From positions 64,001-128,000 of the IMG/VR virus record IMGVR_UViG_3300042562_002450: a DNA stretch of 64,000 nucleotides; one strand, written 5' to 3'. Of this stretch, positions 59,810 to 64,000 are shown piece by piece (positions within the stretch are counted from its first letter, which is position 1; every line of letters starts with the position of its first letter). The translations under genes were made by a program, and so were the position numbers. The stretch comes from a virus. Below the pieces are notes generated by a model that was not told where the DNA came from, did not search any database, and saw only the letters and a program-made list of their open reading frames with translations.

Positions 59810-61119
59810 TATAGACCCCAGGCTTGTTTGTTTGCAGAAAGTGTTTTAGATATGTATCCTATCATTTCAGCTTTTGGTTGGCTAGACACAAAACGATCTC
59901 TAAAATCATCATAGATTATTTTTTCTTTCTGAGAGAACAAAGAAAACTCAGATTCCTTATCTGAGAAATCAATAATACTTGCAGGGGCATGCTCTAGCTG
60001 AAACGGAAATTCCATATATGTATAGCTAACCTGACCTTGACCATTAGGTAGTAGGTTAGAGCTAACTACCCCCTCACTGTAGTTGACTGCATAATATGGT
60101 CCATAAACTTCTGGATCCACTATGTCCTCTTCCTTACCAAAGACTAATGACTCTGAAAAATTAAGAGTTCCTTGTTTGATATTTTTATTTTTAATTTTAA
60201 ATAATCGAGAAAGAGGAACATCTTCATCGAATATTCTAATATCTGAATCTTTTTGTTTAAATGTGAATGCTGGGAGTTCTTCTTTATATGGTCTCTTGTC
60301 TGTTAGTTGGAAAAAAGAACTTTCTTTATTCACCAAGGAACAAAGTGAGCGATGCGTAAGATTTCGATCTGTAATATCAATGATAAGATCTAATTGATAA
60401 TTCTCTTCATTTAAGTAATCTTTATAGAAGATAATTCTAGATGCTGTAACTTTTACTCTTGGCCTGTTTAGATTTAATGAAAACTTTGGATTAACCCTAT
60501 GTGCTATCTTCTTATTTAATGTAAAGCTTTTATTTGTATTTGAAATAATAAGATACTTATCATCTTCTAATGACATAGAATAGTTAACAAAAGAATTTGG
60601 AATATACTCAGCATTAATAATAAAAGTCTGACCTATTAAAAGATCATTAGGATCTATATTCAGAATCACTTCATTTGCGGTATTTGATATAATCTGGAAT
60701 TTTTTATTTGAAATACTTAGAGTTAATCCAGCCAAGTAGTTGATAGGCCATGTATCATCTGTCACAATTAGTTTGTTACCTAGAAACCGCTTTTCTATTC
60801 CATCAATCAATCCCTGATAACTTCTATTATCTGTTATGATATATTCTGTAAACTGAAAAGCTGAATCAGAGAGATCTCCCTCTAATATCTTTTTAAAATC
60901 AATAGAAACAACTTCTTCTTGTTTTAATCCAAGCTCTCTATTTATTCCATTAATAAGACCTGTGTATGATGAATTTGCAACCTTGGTGCTTGACTCTAGT
61001 ATTCTCTTCTTGTATTCAAAGAGCTTCTCTCCAGGAATACGAGTAAGATCAAAAAGCATACCTATCTCATCGGCACTTGTTACTGTATTGAATTTTTCTG
61101 GAAAATATCTTTTTGTCAT
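59809..61119 (-). CDS. Putative baseplate wedge protein
   Basis: DEIGMLFDLTRIPGEKLFEYKKRI...NSSYTGLINGINRELG resembles phage tail/baseplate P2-gpI-like N-termini. Confidence 0.55.
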   Translation of the reverse strand: MTKRYFPEKFNTVTSADEIGMLFDLTRIPGEKLFEYKKRILESSTKVANSSYTGLINGINRELGLKQEEVVSIDFKKILEGDLSDSAFQFTEYIITDNRSYQGLIDGIEKRFLGNKLIVTDDTWPINYLAGLTLSISNKKFQIISNTANEVILNIDPNDLLIGQTFIINAEYIPNSFVNYSMSLEDDKYLIISNTNKSFTLNKKIAHRVNPKFSLNLNRPRVKVTASRIIFYKDYLNEENYQLDLIIDITDRNLTHRSLCSLVNKESSFFQLTDKRPYKEELPAFTFKQKDSDIRIFDEDVPLSRLFKIKNKNIKQGTLNFSESLVFGKEEDIVDPEVYGPYYAVNYSEGVVSSNLLPNGQGQVSYTYMEFPFQLEHAPASIIDFSDKESEFSLFSQKEKIIYDDFRDRFVSSQPKAEMIGYISKTLSANKQAWGL

Positions 61120-61121
61120 TT

Positions 61122-63161
61122 TTAATCCACATCGATTGAGGTGTACTCTTCTGAAGAATAAATAACCTTATTTATATAGTCAATAACGATACCATCTTTG
61201 TGAAACTTAATCTTGTGAAGACTTGAAATGTCTGTGTATATTTTAAGCTCTTGGTCTGTATCTATAAAAATAGAAACTGGAACTGCATCTCCAAGGATTC
61301 TTTTTAATTTATATTTAGCTAAAGCACAGTTCTTAACTATATGAGCAAAAGAAAAATCTCTAGAGATGTCCCCACCAGAATACATTGTTTCTAGTTCGAA
61401 AAGATATTCTCCAGCCATATCTGCATTAAAGCTATTTTCTATTGGATCAATAATATAACTATCTACTTTTAGAAAAATACTAGCTATGCTTGGATCTGAT
61501 GTTATCGTTCCATCTTTTAAAATAAAGATAATACTGTTATCTGGCTTTGTTACTTTTATTCTATACTTAATGACCTTACGGCCTGGGATAGATTGGATGC
61601 ATTTAATTAAGATTTCTTTTAAACCATTCTCATCTAAAAAAGAAGCATCAGAGACAAGAGTTAATGAAAAGTCAGCAGATCCATTATTGCCAGGTATCTT
61701 TTTAAGAGTTTTAGGATATGCTTCTCTCTTGTCAAAGATATATAGGAAGTCATTTGTAACACCATATGCAAAGTTAGAATTAGAATCTGAAACAATGTCT
61801 ATCAATTCGAGAGGTGTCTCATTATCAATATCGTAAAGTCCTGATTCGGAAACGACCTCTGTTCTACCTCCAAACTTAAGGACATCAAGAGCTGACTCTC
61901 CTATTGTTCTATTTCTTTGAAGCACACTAATCTGATTCCTATTATCCAATGACCATATTGCAAGATCAGATGTTCCATCTACATTCGTTATTCTTTTTGA
62001 ATCAGTAATTAAATGCAATGGATCAGGAAAGTGCAATATCTTAAATGTTATTTCTTGTTTTTTTAAATTAAAAAACTGAATTGAAACTAACTTTTTCCAT
62101 GACTTTCGAGTATATAGATATCTTTCATTATAGATTACAATCTCTTCTTCTTCTTCTTTGTCGAATATAGAGATCCCTTTTATCTTACACTTAAGAAAAG
62201 AATATTTAGTATCTGGATCCTTATACACAGATGTATTAACACCTAGACAATAGATAACACACGTACCCTCTCTTTCAAGAGTTTTATTTAGTTGAATTTC
62301 CAGCTCACTAGCTAGTGTTTCATAGACTAATGTATTATCTGAAAGTCTTGTTTCTTCTGTGTTTATTCTTGTTGGCAACTTTTTATAATATAATGACTTT
62401 AATGTATTCTCTTCTGGTGCAAATAGATCAAATCGCGTTATCCCTTGAACCCCACTAATATCTGGCTGAACAAAAAAAGGAGAGCCATCTTGGTTAAAGA
62501 ATTTCTTAAATTCAAAGTTTTTATCAAGATCATATTTATATAATAGAGATAGCTCATTAAGATCTGCAGTCTGTATAGTTGAGTTCTTAAAAATGTTGGA
62601 AATTAAAGCTTGGCTTTTTTCCAAAGCTTCACCTAGTGGATTTAGTAATTGTTGAAAATTAGAGTACTTATCATATCTTGCTCTTGACCAGTCAGGTAGT
62701 CTGTTTGCAAGTGACTGGGTATGGCTTGAATAGAAGTAATCAGTTGGATTAGAATTTTCGAAAATTCCTTCTTCTGTTGTGAAGACAAAACTATCTGATA
62801 TCTTTTCCTCTTCTCCATTTTCATTTGTTCCCCAGGCAGTAAAGCTACAAATGTATCGAGAATTATATTCGAGAACACTAGGGAATAAATCTCTCATTCC
62901 ATATTTTAAATCTCTTTGACCATATCGGTACTCATCACCAAATTTTATTCTTCTTTTAGTATATAGACTGACTACTAATTCATGATCAGTAATCCCATGG
63001 TAGATAGAGAAAACACTAGGAACAACTTCCACATTGTTAAGCTTAAAAGATATGTTTCTAGGATCTAATTTAAAGTCTGCTTGAATACGTAACTCTAAGT
63101 CCTGATTAACAGAGACATTTGTTGAGTTCTTGCCTGGAGTAATACTAGATACTGTAATCAT
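61122..63161 (-). CDS. Putative baseplate structural protein
   Basis: 679 aa; Ig-like start ITVSSITPGKNSTNV; SLANRLPDWS...NFQQLLN motif; lies downstream of the baseplate-J-like gene. Confidence 0.5.
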   Translation of the reverse strand: MITVSSITPGKNSTNVSVNQDLELRIQADFKLDPRNISFKLNNVEVVPSVFSIYHGITDHELVVSLYTKRRIKFGDEYRYGQRDLKYGMRDLFPSVLEYNSRYICSFTAWGTNENGEEEKISDSFVFTTEEGIFENSNPTDYFYSSHTQSLANRLPDWSRARYDKYSNFQQLLNPLGEALEKSQALISNIFKNSTIQTADLNELSLLYKYDLDKNFEFKKFFNQDGSPFFVQPDISGVQGITRFDLFAPEENTLKSLYYKKLPTRINTEETRLSDNTLVYETLASELEIQLNKTLEREGTCVIYCLGVNTSVYKDPDTKYSFLKCKIKGISIFDKEEEEEIVIYNERYLYTRKSWKKLVSIQFFNLKKQEITFKILHFPDPLHLITDSKRITNVDGTSDLAIWSLDNRNQISVLQRNRTIGESALDVLKFGGRTEVVSESGLYDIDNETPLELIDIVSDSNSNFAYGVTNDFLYIFDKREAYPKTLKKIPGNNGSADFSLTLVSDASFLDENGLKEILIKCIQSIPGRKVIKYRIKVTKPDNSIIFILKDGTITSDPSIASIFLKVDSYIIDPIENSFNADMAGEYLFELETMYSGGDISRDFSFAHIVKNCALAKYKLKRILGDAVPVSIFIDTDQELKIYTDISSLHKIKFHKDGIVIDYINKVIYSSEEYTSIDVD

Positions 63162-63162
63162 A

Positions 63163-63999
63163 TTAATTATTATCTATAATTGTAATTGGATTAGAAATTG
63201 ATGTCTCAAGAGTTACGCGTTCATAACTCTTAGGGCTATAATTTCCTATAAGACTTTTTCTCGTTAAGCTATTTGATGCTTGCGTCCTTTTGTAAAGAAA
63301 AACATTCTGGAAGTTACTTGAAGAATCAGCATCACCCATTGATTCAATTTGATCACTTGAAGATAATACAATCCTAACAATCTGATCAAGAATAATTGGT
63401 TCTGCAATTGAAAGATTATTAACATAAGAAGAAACATTATTCTTCACAATATTTCTTATATTTTCTTTTTCTTTATCTTCTAATCTACCTCTATATGTTA
63501 ATGAGAAAATAAATTCAATACCAATTAAAACTGGTGCTCGAGCTATGTTGCTCATTCCTACTGACTGCTTCTCTGCTATTACTCTTTGAGCTGTATTCAA
63601 AAGTTCATCTGATACTTCTACTGAACTAGAACTAATAAGCCAGTCACAAGTGCCAATTCCTCTAGAGTATGGAATCTGAACAATATTAGCAATACCAGGT
63701 ATAACTAAAAGAGCTAGTCTTATTGCCGTTTCATTACCAGCTTCAGATGATATTTTTTCTTTTTGAATTCTGTATCTATAATTCTCATCAGATTCTCGAT
63801 CTCTTCCATATGTGATACTATTGCTATTGCTTACAGCAAGAGAGTTCCCAAAAGAATCAGCATAGCCTTTAAAGTTATGATAAATTAATGTATTAGATCC
63901 TGCATTTGCATTAGATCCAGAAGTAATAGCGTGAGCAGAGAAGAAAACTCTATCCTCATTTGCTTTTAGTATTATATCTTCTTTATTTCTATAAAGAAT
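63163..63999 (-). CDS. Baseplate J-like protein (5'-truncated by window edge)
   Basis: The frame stays open from 63600 to the window end and encodes GRDRESDENYRYRI...AGNETAIRLALLVIPGI, the baseplate J signature. Confidence 0.75.
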   Translation of the reverse strand: MLYRNKEDIILKANEDRVFFSAHAITSGSNANAGSNTLIYHNFKGYADSFGNSLAVSNSNSITYGRDRESDENYRYRIQKEKISSEAGNETAIRLALLVIPGIANIVQIPYSRGIGTCDWLISSSSVEVSDELLNTAQRVIAEKQSVGMSNIARAPVLIGIEFIFSLTYRGRLEDKEKENIRNIVKNNVSSYVNNLSIAEPIILDQIVRIVLSSSDQIESMGDADSSSNFQNVFLYKRTQASNSLTRKSLIGNYSPKSYERVTLETSISNPITIIDNN

Positions 64000-64000
64000 A

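Noticed and set aside
1716-62878. Short antisense or out-of-frame ORFs in the track nested in longer genes (e.g. 1716-1949, 3728-4006, 4743-4959, 13273-14341, 18859-19197, 33790-33999, 59175-59426)
   Set aside because: Fully overlapped by well-supported genes, with no motifs or RBS.
63163-63600. Track's 145-aa ORF as a complete gene
   Set aside because: The frame is open to the window edge and includes the baseplate-J signature upstream of 63600, so it is the 3' part of a longer gene.
1-64000. Stop-codon reassignment as seen in some large phages
   Set aside because: Long ORFs tile the window under the standard code, and TAA, TAG and TGA all terminate genes at sensible junctions.

Overview
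This AT-rich window (roughly 30-35% GC by eye, standard genetic code) looks like a segment of a large, jumbo-type tailed dsDNA phage genome. No tRNA, rRNA, CRISPR array, integrase or transposase was recognised. It has five blocks. (i) 1-6 kb: accessory genes, namely a HExxH lipoprotein peptidase, an AdoMet-decarboxylase-like proenzyme, a permuted papain-like amidase, a lysozyme-family protein and PIN-PhoH. (ii) 6-18.2 kb (+): virion fibre genes, namely two paralogous coiled-coil fibres, a collagen/tail-collar fibre with a small Tfa-like chaperone missed by the ORF track, and a beta-helix protein. (iii) 18.4-20.5 kb: an actin-fold ATPase and two hypotheticals. (iv) 20.6-33 kb: a dense modification island with four radical SAM enzymes carrying SPASM-type Cys clusters, one cupin/JmjC-like protein, six 2OG-Fe(II)-oxygenase-like proteins and three hypotheticals. 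At its centre are two tandem paralogous ~205-244 aa proteins that end in an identical 20-residue tail, SYCHSSCHSNVTCYNSRGRR, encoded with 9 synonymous and 0 non-synonymous differences. (v) 33.8-64 kb (-): a long tightly coupled tail/baseplate/fibre operon that runs off the window inside a baseplate-J-like gene. The best candidate for an undescribed system is block (iv), read as a phage-encoded RiPP-like post-translational modification pathway acting on the C-terminal Cys/His/Ser tail of two possibly virion-associated proteins. All family assignments come from motif recognition by eye; no database search was run, so novelty is not established.
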